Part shown: piece after piece, positions 33,201 to 40,825 of the stretch
Layout: each line of letters opens with the position of its first letter
Position numbering within the stretch: position 1 is the first letter of the stretch
Source of the DNA: an uncultured Chloroflexia bacterium
GTDB taxonomy: Bacteria > Chloroflexota > Limnocylindria > Limnocylindrales > CSP1-4
Length of the DNA stretch: 64,000 bases
NCBI GenBank assembly: GCA_963796715.1
Contig: CAWCMN010000009.1
Location: 966,172 to 1,030,171, forward strand
Direction: 5' to 3'
Made by a program: the position numbers and the translations under genes
The notes under the pieces: generated by a model
Databases searched by the model: none
Told to the model about the DNA's origin: nothing
The model's input: the letters and a program-made list of their open reading frames with translations, nothing else

Positions 33201-33828
33201 CCTGGCGTTGCTCGACCAGGTCCTGCCCGGCATGAGCGACCGTGATCGGCGCGTCGCGACCTTCGAAATCGCGGCTACGCGCGCTTGGGGCGAGGGGCGA
33301 CTCGCCGAGGCACGGGCGGCCTGGCGGAGTGAGACGGATGTGGACCCCACCGAGGCGAAGTGGGGGCTGCCGCAGGCCGCGCGCGCCGCGTTGCTGCTCC
33401 GCGATCCAGCCGCGACGAGTGCCGACCTCGAGGCGCTGGACGCGACGGGCCTGCACGGCGCGCTCATCGAGCTCCATCGCCGCACCATCCGGGCAGGGCT
33501 CGCGGCCCTGGACGGCCGGGAAGACGAGGCCCTCGCGATGTACCGCGCCGTGCTCAAGGAGTGGCGCGAACTGGGCTTGCTGTGGCAGGTGGCCCTCGTC
33601 GGTCTCGACATGGCGACGCTGCTGGATCCGGCGGATCCGGACGTACAGGCCGCGATCGCGTCGTCGCGCGAGATCATGACGCGGGTCGGCGCGCGGCCGT
33701 TCCTGGAGCGCCTGGAGGCGGCCGCTGCGCGATCCCTACGCGCGCAGCTCCCAGGTCGAGCCGGCGTCTCCGTCGTGGACCGCCACGCCGGCGTCGGTCA
33801 GTCGCTCCCGGATCAGGTCGGCGGCTGA
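30274..33828 (+). CDS. Double zinc ribbon + class III adenylate/guanylate cyclase + STAND ATPase + TPR protein
   Basis: CSNCG..FCTEC, FADLVGFT, KFIGDAVM, GDLVNTASRLQ, GPAGIGKT; helical repeats. Confidence 0.9.
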   Translation: MICSNCGTENPAGAKFCTECASRLAMVCPNCGTANVPTAKFCAECASPLGAATPVAASAGSTPIAPAVVAERRVVSVLFADLVGFTTLAEGRDAEDTRELLSHYFDLARDVIGRYGGTVEKFIGDAVMAVWGAPTAHEDDAERAVRAGLELVDAVRTLGPTVQARAGVLTGEAAVTLGATNQGMVAGDLVNTASRLQSAAAPGTVLVGEATRRAASKAIAFEEAGEQTLKGKAAPVPAWLALRVVAQVGGRNRADALEAPFVGRDDELRLLKDLFHATTRERRARLVSVIGPAGIGKTRLAWEFLKYVDGLVDTVWWHDGRSPAYGEGISFWALGEMVRGRTGLLETDDEATTRAKIAATLLEHVPDPDERRWIEPALLALLGVETGIGSEQLFGAWRTFFERLAATAPVVLVFEDFHFADSGLIDFVDHLVEWSKGFPIYVVTLARPELLERRSEWGAGKRSFTSLYLEPLPEAAMRELLTGLVPGLPAAAVKAIIARADGIPLYAVETVRMLVAEGRLAIAEGTYRPVGDLTSLAVPETLTALIASRLDTLEPTDRSLLHDAAVIGQSFTPAALASVSGVAEADLEPRLRVLVKRELLTPATTDPRSPERGQYAFVQALIREVAYGTLAKADRKAKHLAAARFFEGLGSDELAGALASHYLAAYQNAPAGPEAEALASQARLALRGAAERAAALGANDQALRFLDQAISVTTDPEQQAELLERAGDAAELATRYGDAEAYLRRAIRIHRDVGDRTAATRATALLGKILLGGRRVDQARDILAQAAAEFADLAGDPAFITLEGQLARTYFFLNEDRRAIEVADHVLEEAERADLVAILADTLITRGSALANLGRWREGLGVIEIGERLARDNGFTHTLLRALNNRSINGYLDDPARAMAAAAEGLVLARRVGDMGLAVGYSVGLAWDRLYSAEWDDALALVGAFAQDDQDPLTLATLMSVPFCIRAFRGEDLGPDLALLDQVLPGMSDRDRRVATFEIAATRAWGEGRLAEARAAWRSETDVDPTEAKWGLPQAARAALLLRDPAATSADLEALDATGLHGALIELHRRTIRAGLAALDGREDEALAMYRAVLKEWRELGLLWQVALVGLDMATLLDPADPDVQAAIASSREIMTRVGARPFLERLEAAAARSLRAQLPGRAGVSVVDRHAGVGQSLPDQVGG

Positions 33829-35010
33829 CCAGTCCTGGGCCGCCCGGGCCCGGGCGCGCAGCTCGAGCAGTGCCTCGACGAACGGATCCACGGCCTCGCG
33901 GGGGTCGCGCACGCCCACTTCCGCGGCGCCCGCGAGGCGCACGAGCAGGGCCCGGAACGTGGCCCGGGCGCTGTCCAGGTCGGGGCTGTCCTCGCCGGCG
34001 CGCAGGTGGCCCTCGATGTCCGAGTCCAGTTCCAGGAGCGCAGCCGCCGCGGCGCGTGCGTCGTGCGCCTCCAGGGCATGGACGAAGGCGCCCTCGCGTT
34101 GCGCGACCGTGTCCGGCAACGAGCCTCTCGCTGCCGGCGTCGTGCCCGCGGCGAAGACGGTCGCGGGCTGCGCGCCCGGCAGCCAGCCGGTCGACCGCCC
34201 GATCGTGCGTGCCGACTCCGCCAGCGCGTCGATCGTGGTCTCCGTGCCGCTGGGGAAGACGACGCTGCGGCCCCGGGCGCGCACGGTGACGCCGCCCAGG
34301 CCGGCCACGCTCGCCGAGTTCCGCTGTTCCAGGTCCAGCACGAGGGCCGTGTGGCCGTCAACGCCGAGCACGAATGCGCCGGCCGGGAGCGCCGCCTCGA
34401 GCACGCGCAGGCGCCGCTCGCCCAGGTAGCAGAAGCGCGTGTCGTGCGTGCCGCCCTCGGCGTTGTCGTAGTGCGGCACGACGGCCGCCTTCAGGCCGGT
34501 CGACTGCCCGAGCAGGTCCAGCCCATCGAGCCAGTGCGGGTCCTCGCCGACCTTGTAGATCTCGTAGACCGGGACGGTGACCAGGCCGACGGTGAGGGCC
34601 GCCGCGCTGGCGACCGTCACGATCCCGCCGCTGGCGAGCTTGTCGGCCAGGGCGCCGGGGATCGGGCCGTCGACCCAGTGGCGGAGCGCGTAGCTCGGGC
34701 TGCCCGGGCCCGGCCAGCACGTAGCGAGCCTCGCGGATCAGGGCCAGCGCGGTCGACGCGGCGAGGGCGTCGACGTCGCGCGAGCGGAACGTGGCCACGG
34801 TCAGGCCGTGCCCGACGCTCTCGGCGAAGTAGGCCACGATGCGAGCCGACAGCTCGTCGGCGTTCTCCTGGAAGCCGTACGGCGTGTCGATCAAGGTGGC
34901 CGGCGCCGCCGGGTCGCCGAGCCGTTCGAGCAGCGGCGCGATGCACCTTGGCCATGGCCGGCGCCGTCTCGCCCGAGCCCATGATCGCGAGGATCCGCGG
35001 GGCCGCTCAT
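33736..35010 (-). CDS. Peptidase S51/cyanophycinase-like GATase1 protein with CysS-like C-terminal helical domain, frameshifted
   Basis: IMGSGET, DTPYGFQEN, ASAAA, PVYEIYKVG, PHYDNAEGGTHDTRFCYLGERRL; C-terminal RARARAAQDWSAADLIRERL..V.D. Confidence 0.75.
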
Positions 35011-35867
35011 GTCGCCAGCTCATGCAGCAGCTGGGCCACCTCGTGCGGGTGCTGGGCGTGGAGGTCGTGATCGCCCGTCATCCAGTGCGTGCGGGCGTGC
35101 GGGATCGCCGCCTGGGCCGCCTCCACCGCGGGCCGCTTGCGGTCGGACCAGCCGGACGTGCCGTCGTCGGCGGGGATCAGCAGGGCGGGGACCTTCAGCC
35201 CGGCGTAGAGCGCCGCCGGGTGGTGCTCCCACAGGCCTCGCAGCACGACCAGGTGGCGGTCGAACGTGAGCCACGGCGCGATCGTGCCGTCCGGCCGGAC
35301 CTCGAAGTTGCCGAGCGTGCCCTGGATGCCCGTCTCGGGCCAATCGGCATGGGCCGAGCGGATGTAGCCCTCGACCTCCTTGAGCGGCCGGCCCGCCAGG
35401 CGGGGTGGGGCGAGCGCCGCGAGGCAGTCGGCCAGCTTGGGGAAGCCCTGCGACAGCTCGATCCAGCCGCCATCGACCAGGGCGATCGCCCGCACCGCCG
35501 TGGGGTGCCGCGCCGCCAGCTCGAGCACGACGTTGCCGCCCCACGACTGCCCGGCGGCGATCGGCCGGTCCAGGCCCATGCGCTCGATCAGCGCCGCGAG
35601 GTCGTCGGCGACCGTGGGCACGTCGTACCCGTCGTCGGGCTTGGAGGATCGGCCATGCCCCCGCAGGTCGACCGTCACGACCGGGTGGCCCATGGCCGTG
35701 AGCGCCTGAGCCACGCCGTCCCACATGCGGGCGTTCGAGGCCAGGCCGTGCACCAGCAGGAAGGTGGCCGCAGGCTCTTCCGCGGCCGGCTGTGCTGGCC
35801 CGGCCGGGTCCCAGCGGTCCGCCGCCAGCTCGACCCCCGGCGCCACCTCGATCCACTCGGTCTTCAT
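35007..35867 (-). CDS. Alpha/beta hydrolase
   Basis: LVHGLAS, DLRGHGRS, GQSWGG, GDHD. Confidence 0.9.
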   Translation of the reverse strand: MKTEWIEVAPGVELAADRWDPAGPAQPAAEEPAATFLLVHGLASNARMWDGVAQALTAMGHPVVTVDLRGHGRSSKPDDGYDVPTVADDLAALIERMGLDRPIAAGQSWGGNVVLELAARHPTAVRAIALVDGGWIELSQGFPKLADCLAALAPPRLAGRPLKEVEGYIRSAHADWPETGIQGTLGNFEVRPDGTIAPWLTFDRHLVVLRGLWEHHPAALYAGLKVPALLIPADDGTSGWSDRKRPAVEAAQAAIPHARTHWMTGDHDLHAQHPHEVAQLLHELAT

Positions 35868-35889
35868 CGGGTCATGGTAGGTTGCATCC

Positions 35890-36321
35890 ATGGCAGACGG
35901 TCGGGAGCTGGGCTGGAACCAGGCGATCATCCGCGACTTCCACGGCCATGCCGGTCAGATCACCCTGGGGCGGCTGGCCGGCAGCCGGTTGCTCCTGATG
36001 ACGACGATCGGGGCGCACACGGGCGAGAAGCACACGGTGCCGCTCGGCTACGACCCCGACGGCGCCGACTACATCGTGGTGGGGTCCAACAGCGGCTTCG
36101 ACGAACAGCCCGCCTGGCTGGCCAACATCGCGGCGAATCCGGTCGTCACCGTGGAGGTGGGCACCGAGTCATTCCAGGCCCGGGCGGTGCCGACGGCGGG
36201 CGCCGAACGACGCCGCCTGCTGGACGCGCGGATCGCCCTGGTGCCGATCTTCGGCGACTACGAGCGCAAGGCCGCACCCCGGGAGCTCGCGGTCGTGCGC
36301 ATCACGAGGATCGACGGCTAG
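35890..36321 (+). CDS. Deazaflavin (F420)-dependent nitroreductase family
   Basis: LLLMTTIGAHTG, VGSNSG..PAWLANIAANP.V.VEVG. Confidence 0.88.
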   Translation: MADGRELGWNQAIIRDFHGHAGQITLGRLAGSRLLLMTTIGAHTGEKHTVPLGYDPDGADYIVVGSNSGFDEQPAWLANIAANPVVTVEVGTESFQARAVPTAGAERRRLLDARIALVPIFGDYERKAAPRELAVVRITRIDG

Positions 36322-36361
36322 GGCCTGCGGCCGCGGTGACGCCGCGCTGCGTGGATCGAGC

Positions 36362-36401
36362 TTGACGTCATGCGTGATGGCAGTGCATGCTGTCACGCAT
36401 G
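36362..36401 (+). promoter_or_regulatory. vapBC promoter/operator
   Basis: TTGACG...CATGCT; inverted repeat CATGCGTGA (36369-77) / TCACGCATG (36393-401) that includes the ATG. Confidence 0.65.
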
Positions 36402-36611
36402 ACACGCACGCACACGACTCTCGACCTGGATCAGGACCTGCTCCATGATGCCGCCGAGGTGCTCGGGACGACCCGCACGACCGAGACGGTCCACGCGGCG
36501 CTTCGGGATGTCGTAGCGCGGCGTCGTCGCGAATGGCTGGCTCGGCGCGACTTTTCCGAGCTCGAAGAGGCCCTGGACGGGCTTCGAACGCCCCGCCGCG
36601 GCGCGCTCTAG
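36399..36611 (+). CDS. vapB: VapB antitoxin
   Basis: TTLDLDQDLL..AAEVLGT..TTETVHAALR. Confidence 0.85.
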   Translation: MTRTHTTLDLDQDLLHDAAEVLGTTRTTETVHAALRDVVARRRREWLARRDFSELEEALDGLRTPRRGAL

Positions 36612-37028
36612 GTGGCCCTGCCCGAGCTCGCTGATACCTCGGTCTGGGCGCGGAGCGGGAAGCCCGGGCTCGAGTGGTTCGGCGATGCGGTCGCCGACGG
36701 TGGCGTCGCGGTCTGTGACCAGGTCGCGATGGAGCTCCTCTGGAGCGCCCGGGATGTGGCGGACTTCCGTTCGACGGAGGCGGCGCTCCTGGCGTGCCCG
36801 TGGTATCCGGTCGAGGCGCGCGACTGGGGCGAGGCCCGGCGTGTCTTCCGGGAGCTCGCTGGTCGCGGTCCACTTCACCACCGCCAGGTCAAGATCCCCG
36901 ACCTGCTGATCGCTGCCGTGGCCGCCCGTAACGAGCTCACGGTGGTCCATTACGACGCCGACTTCGACGTCATCGCGTCCGTCACCGGCCAGCCGACCCG
37001 TTGGGCCGCCCCACGAGGGTCGCTCTAG
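36612..37028 (+). CDS. vapC: VapC PIN-domain toxin
   Basis: ADTSVW, E, IPDLLIAAVA, VHYDADFD. Confidence 0.9.
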   Translation: MALPELADTSVWARSGKPGLEWFGDAVADGGVAVCDQVAMELLWSARDVADFRSTEAALLACPWYPVEARDWGEARRVFRELAGRGPLHHRQVKIPDLLIAAVAARNELTVVHYDADFDVIASVTGQPTRWAAPRGSL

Positions 37029-37059
37029 TGCGAGGCCGCGGCGCGGGCGCGCGGGCGCG

Positions 37060-37327
37060 CTGACCTGGGAGGGTAGTAACGGACAGGGACACGGGCGGCG
37101 GAGCCCCGAATGCGTCGGATCTCGCCGATCCCTGTCCTGGCAGGTCAGGTTCTGACGGATCCGGGCTCCAGGCACCCCGATCGCGTTCGATACGAACCTG
37201 CCAGGTCAGAACCGGCTGACCTCCCAAGTCAAAACGGCACCCTGAGCCGGCCCTGATGCCTTCAAGCGCATCCGCCAGGAGGGCTCGGGATCTTGGCGGG
37301 CCGATGTCCTGGCGGGCGGGAGCATCA
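37060..37327. repeat. Repeat copy D: inner IR unit + right outer arm
   Basis: CTGACCTGGGAGGGTAGTAACGGAC..GTTCGATACGAACCTGCCAGGTCAG..CTGACCTCCCAAGTCA..CCTGATGCCTTCAAGCGCATC..GGAGGG..AGCATCA. Confidence 0.8.
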
Positions 37328-37547
37328 GCCCAAGTGGGACGCCCCGCGGATAGCGATGCAATCGCAATGTCCGCGACCCGCTATCTGCATGCGTCGGCAA
37401 TGGCGCGACCGCGAAGGTGAGGGCCACGGGTGGGGTCGGGTTCGGGCCTCGCGGCCTTCCGGCCTCGCGGCCTTCCGGCCCACCCGGCCAATGACCAGAT
37501 GGGCCCAGCCCCGATCGGGCCCCCGCCCAATGAGGAGGTTCTAGATC

Positions 37548-37811
37548 ATGGGCATCATCGCCTGGATCGTGCTCGGTGCGATCGCTGGCTTCATCGCCTC
37601 GTGGCTGATGGGCACGCGCGAGGGCATCATCGGCACCGTCGTGCTCGGGATCATCGGCGCGGTGGTCGGCGGCTTCATCGCCGGCGACATCTTCCATGCC
37701 GCCGACGTGACCGGCCTGAACGTCGAAAGCATCGTCGTGGCCATCCTCGGCGCGGTCGTCGTGCTGTTCGTGTGGCACGCCCTCACCGGCCGTCGGACCA
37801 GCACGGTCTGA
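37548..37811 (+). CDS. GlsB/YeaQ/YmgE stress membrane protein
   Basis: MGIIAWIVLGAIAGFIAS..LGIIGAVVGG. Confidence 0.9.
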   Translation: MGIIAWIVLGAIAGFIASWLMGTREGIIGTVVLGIIGAVVGGFIAGDIFHAADVTGLNVESIVVAILGAVVVLFVWHALTGRRTSTV

Positions 37812-37838
37812 CCCCAGCCACCGCGTGGGACCGCCGCG

Positions 37839-38324
37839 ATGACCGACCCAGCCCTGGCCCTCCGGGCCACGTCTGACGCTTTGCTCGCCGATATCAGTCG
37901 CCTGGCCGATCTCGAGCGGGCAAAGCGCCGTCTCACCCCCGGCGACGACCGACTCGTCGAGGTCTCGACCGAGATCGAGCTGATCGCCGACCGGGTCCTC
38001 CAGCGCTCCGCCGAAGAGCGCGCCCTCACCGAGGACGCCCACGCCATGGTGGAGCTGGGGGTCGAACGGGCGCCCGAGCGATCGATCGAGGCGACCGACT
38101 CGTCGCGGCCACCGGTCCCGACCCCCGAGGCCCCACCCGTCGTCAAGCCCAGGGCCATGCAGGAGATCCTGGACGAGTGGCGCGACGCCGAGCGCCGGGC
38201 GGGGGAGGCGCTCCCCGGCTCACCGGAGGCGGAACTGGCCAAGGCCCAGGCCGAACGCTGCAAGGCCGAATACCACCGCGCCTATGAGGCCGCCCACGAC
38301 GACCACGCGGGCCGTCAGGCCTGA
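37839..38324 (+). CDS. Hypothetical helical protein
   Basis: Plausible ATG and host codon usage; sits between co-oriented genes. Confidence 0.6.
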   Translation: MTDPALALRATSDALLADISRLADLERAKRRLTPGDDRLVEVSTEIELIADRVLQRSAEERALTEDAHAMVELGVERAPERSIEATDSSRPPVPTPEAPPVVKPRAMQEILDEWRDAERRAGEALPGSPEAELAKAQAERCKAEYHRAYEAAHDDHAGRQA

Positions 38325-38352
38325 CGACCCGATCGTACGAAGGAGACCCTCC

Positions 38353-38787
38353 ATGCTCGACCTCATCCGACACCTCGCTCCCCGCCGCGTCGTCCATGCC
38401 CACTGCGACCTGCCATGTGGCATCTACGACCCGGAGCAGGCCCGCATCGAGGCCGAGAGTTGCCTGAAGATCATCCAGAAGATGGCCGACAAGCCGGATG
38501 ACGTGACCTTCCGCACACGGGCCCTGGCGATCAAGGAGGAGCGGGCGGAGCTGGTCAAGCACCACCTCGACGTCCTGTGGCACGACTACTTCAAGCCCGA
38601 TCACCTGGCCAAGGTCCCGCAGCTGCACGAGCTGTTCTGGAAGACGGCCAAGCAGGTGTCCAAGGTCAAGGCCTCGACCGATCCGGCCGACGCCAAGGAA
38701 CTGCTCGGCATGATCGACCAGATCGACGAGGCCTGGCACCTGACCGGCGGACCGGCCACGACCCGCGTGGCCGGCCGGCCCAGCTGA
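38353..38787 (+). CDS. sodN: Nickel superoxide dismutase
   Basis: Ni-hook HCDLPCGIYDP after a short propeptide; LWHDYFK; AGGAG RBS. Confidence 0.95.
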   Translation: MLDLIRHLAPRRVVHAHCDLPCGIYDPEQARIEAESCLKIIQKMADKPDDVTFRTRALAIKEERAELVKHHLDVLWHDYFKPDHLAKVPQLHELFWKTAKQVSKVKASTDPADAKELLGMIDQIDEAWHLTGGPATTRVAGRPS

Positions 38788-38799
38788 AGGAGACATCTC

Positions 38800-39129
38800 A
38801 TGACGAAGTCAGACGTGACCTCGGTCGCCGATCAGGCGAGGAGCACGCTCAGTGACGGAACCGACGCGCTTCGCGACGGCGCCGACGAGATCGCCAGCCA
38901 GCTTCCGGCGGCGTTCGAGGCGCTCCAGACCGGCGCCAGGGCGACGACCAATTCGATGCGCCGGATGCCCGAAGAGAACCTGCGGCTGATGCTCGCCATG
39001 TCGGCCGGGCTGGGCGTGGGGCTGTATATGTCCGGGTCGCCTCGACTGGTGACGCTCGCCGCGCTCGCTCCTGCGCTCCTGATCGCGGGGGTCTGGATGA
39101 CTCGACCGATGGGTGGGCGTGCCCGTTGA
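38800..39129 (+). CDS. Hypothetical protein with C-terminal membrane segments
   Basis: AAGGAG RBS; amphipathic N-terminus, hydrophobic C-terminus. Confidence 0.6.
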   Translation: MTKSDVTSVADQARSTLSDGTDALRDGADEIASQLPAAFEALQTGARATTNSMRRMPEENLRLMLAMSAGLGVGLYMSGSPRLVTLAALAPALLIAGVWMTRPMGGRAR

Positions 39130-39896
39130 ACGAGTCGAATGGCATGATGGGGCGCATGAAGAGCCAGCCCCTCGTCCTGGTCGCCGACGACGAACCGCGC
39201 ATCACGAAGCTCGTCGCCGTCACCCTGGGTGACGAGGGCTTCCGCGTGGTGACCGCCGATGGCGGCGAGGAGGCGCTGCGGAAGGCCGAGGAGATCCGGC
39301 CCGACATCGTCCTGCTGGACATCGTCATGCCGGACCTTGACGGCATCGAGGTCATGCGCCAGCTGCGGGAGTTCCGCTCGGTGCCGGTGATCCTGCTGAC
39401 CGCCAAAGGTTCCACCGCCGACAAGGCGAAGGGCCTGGACCTTGGCGCCGACGATTACATCGCCAAGCCCTTCCATCCCGACGAGCTGGCCGCCCGTGTG
39501 CGAGCCGTCCTGCGGCGCGCCGCCGGGGTGACCACCGGCCGCGGCATCGTCCACATCGGCGACGTGGAGATCGACCTCGAGCGCCGCATGATGACCAAGG
39601 CCGGCGAGCCGGTCCAGCTCAGCCGCACCGAGTGGCTGCTGCTCCAGCATCTCGCCACCAACGCCAACAAGGTCGTGCTCCACAGCGAGCTGCTGACCAA
39701 GGTGTGGGGTCCCGAGTACCGCGACGACCTGCAGTACCTGCGCGTGTGGGTCAGCCGGGTCCGCCGCAAGCTGGGTGCCGCCCCCGGCGAGCCAGGCCCG
39801 ATCACGACCTACCAGGGCATCGGGTACGTGCTCAACGTCGACGAGGCGCCGACCCTGGAGGCCGCGCCGGCCGACGTGCCATCCACGGTCGCCTGA
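39126..39896 (+). CDS. OmpR/KdpE-family response regulator
   Basis: VADDE, LLDIVMP, GADDYIAKPF, VWGPEY..YLRV..RRKL, GIGY. Confidence 0.92.
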   Translation: MNESNGMMGRMKSQPLVLVADDEPRITKLVAVTLGDEGFRVVTADGGEEALRKAEEIRPDIVLLDIVMPDLDGIEVMRQLREFRSVPVILLTAKGSTADKAKGLDLGADDYIAKPFHPDELAARVRAVLRRAAGVTTGRGIVHIGDVEIDLERRMMTKAGEPVQLSRTEWLLLQHLATNANKVVLHSELLTKVWGPEYRDDLQYLRVWVSRVRRKLGAAPGEPGPITTYQGIGYVLNVDEAPTLEAAPADVPSTVA

Positions 39897-39912
39897 CGCC
39901 GGATCCCCGCGC

Positions 39913-40429
39913 CATGGACGGTGAGGCCATCCTCGTGACGCTCTCGGCGCTCGTCATGGCCGGCCCGGATGCGCCGGTCGCGGCGCCGGACGCCGCGGAT
40001 GCGCTCGAGCGCCTGGCCGCGCTTGGCCGCACCGTCGTGCTGGTCGGTGACGCCGTGGCAGGCCGGCGCCTGCCCGACGATCGCGAGGCCCGCGAGCGAT
40101 GGGTGCGCGCGGTCATCGGGCCGTCCGTCCCGATCATGGTCGCGCCCTTCGCGGCCCCCGTGTGGGATCTCCATGACGCGGCCGGTGAGGCGCGCGCCCA
40201 GGCCGTGTGGACGGACCTGCGTTCGGAACACGGCGCCGCGTGGCTGATCACCGACGGCCATGACGACGTCCGTCCGGCCCGGCGGGCAGGCCTGCGCATC
40301 GTGCGGGTGGGTCCGCGACCGGCCGCCGGCCCGCTCGCCGCCCAGGCCGACATCTCGGCGCGCGATCTCGCTGATGCCGCCCGCCTCCTGCTCGCCCAGC
40401 AGCTCTTCGGCCAGATCCCCGCCGCATAG
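39913..40429 (+). CDS. Degenerate HAD-like hypothetical protein
   Basis: WLITD..DVRPARRAGLR.V..ADISARDLADAA resembles a HAD C-terminus. Confidence 0.5.
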
Positions 40430-40451
40430 GGACGTCACGGAGGTACGAACC

Positions 40452-40619
40452 ATGCCAGCAGGCGCGAGTCCCAAGCGTGAACGCCAGTACGAGCACATCA
40501 AGGAGTCGTACGAGGAGCGAGGGGTCAGCCAGGGCGAGGCCGAGGAGCGCGCCGCGCGGACGGTGAACAAGCAGCGCGCGGAACACGGCGAGACCAGAAA
40601 GCGCACGAACCGCCGCTAG
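40452..40619 (+). CDS. Small conserved basic protein (KRERQYEHIK family)
   Basis: MPAGASPKRERQYEHIKESY..AARTVNK; GGAGG RBS. Confidence 0.75.
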   Translation: MPAGASPKRERQYEHIKESYEERGVSQGEAEERAARTVNKQRAEHGETRKRTNRR

Positions 40620-40825
40620 TGCCCCGAGTCAGGGCGTCCGCGCGCACCTGTGAGGGGCCCGCAACGCTCACCGAGCCGGGTGTAACCGTCCCGCAGGCTC
40701 GTCGCGCCTACGGTGGACACCGCCCGTCTCCGTGGATCGTCCCATCTGCGGGGACGGGCACATCCGCCTGCTACGTCCGGGATGAAGCTTGACGTGCCAA
40801 CCGGGCGCCGCGTTCAATCACGTCG

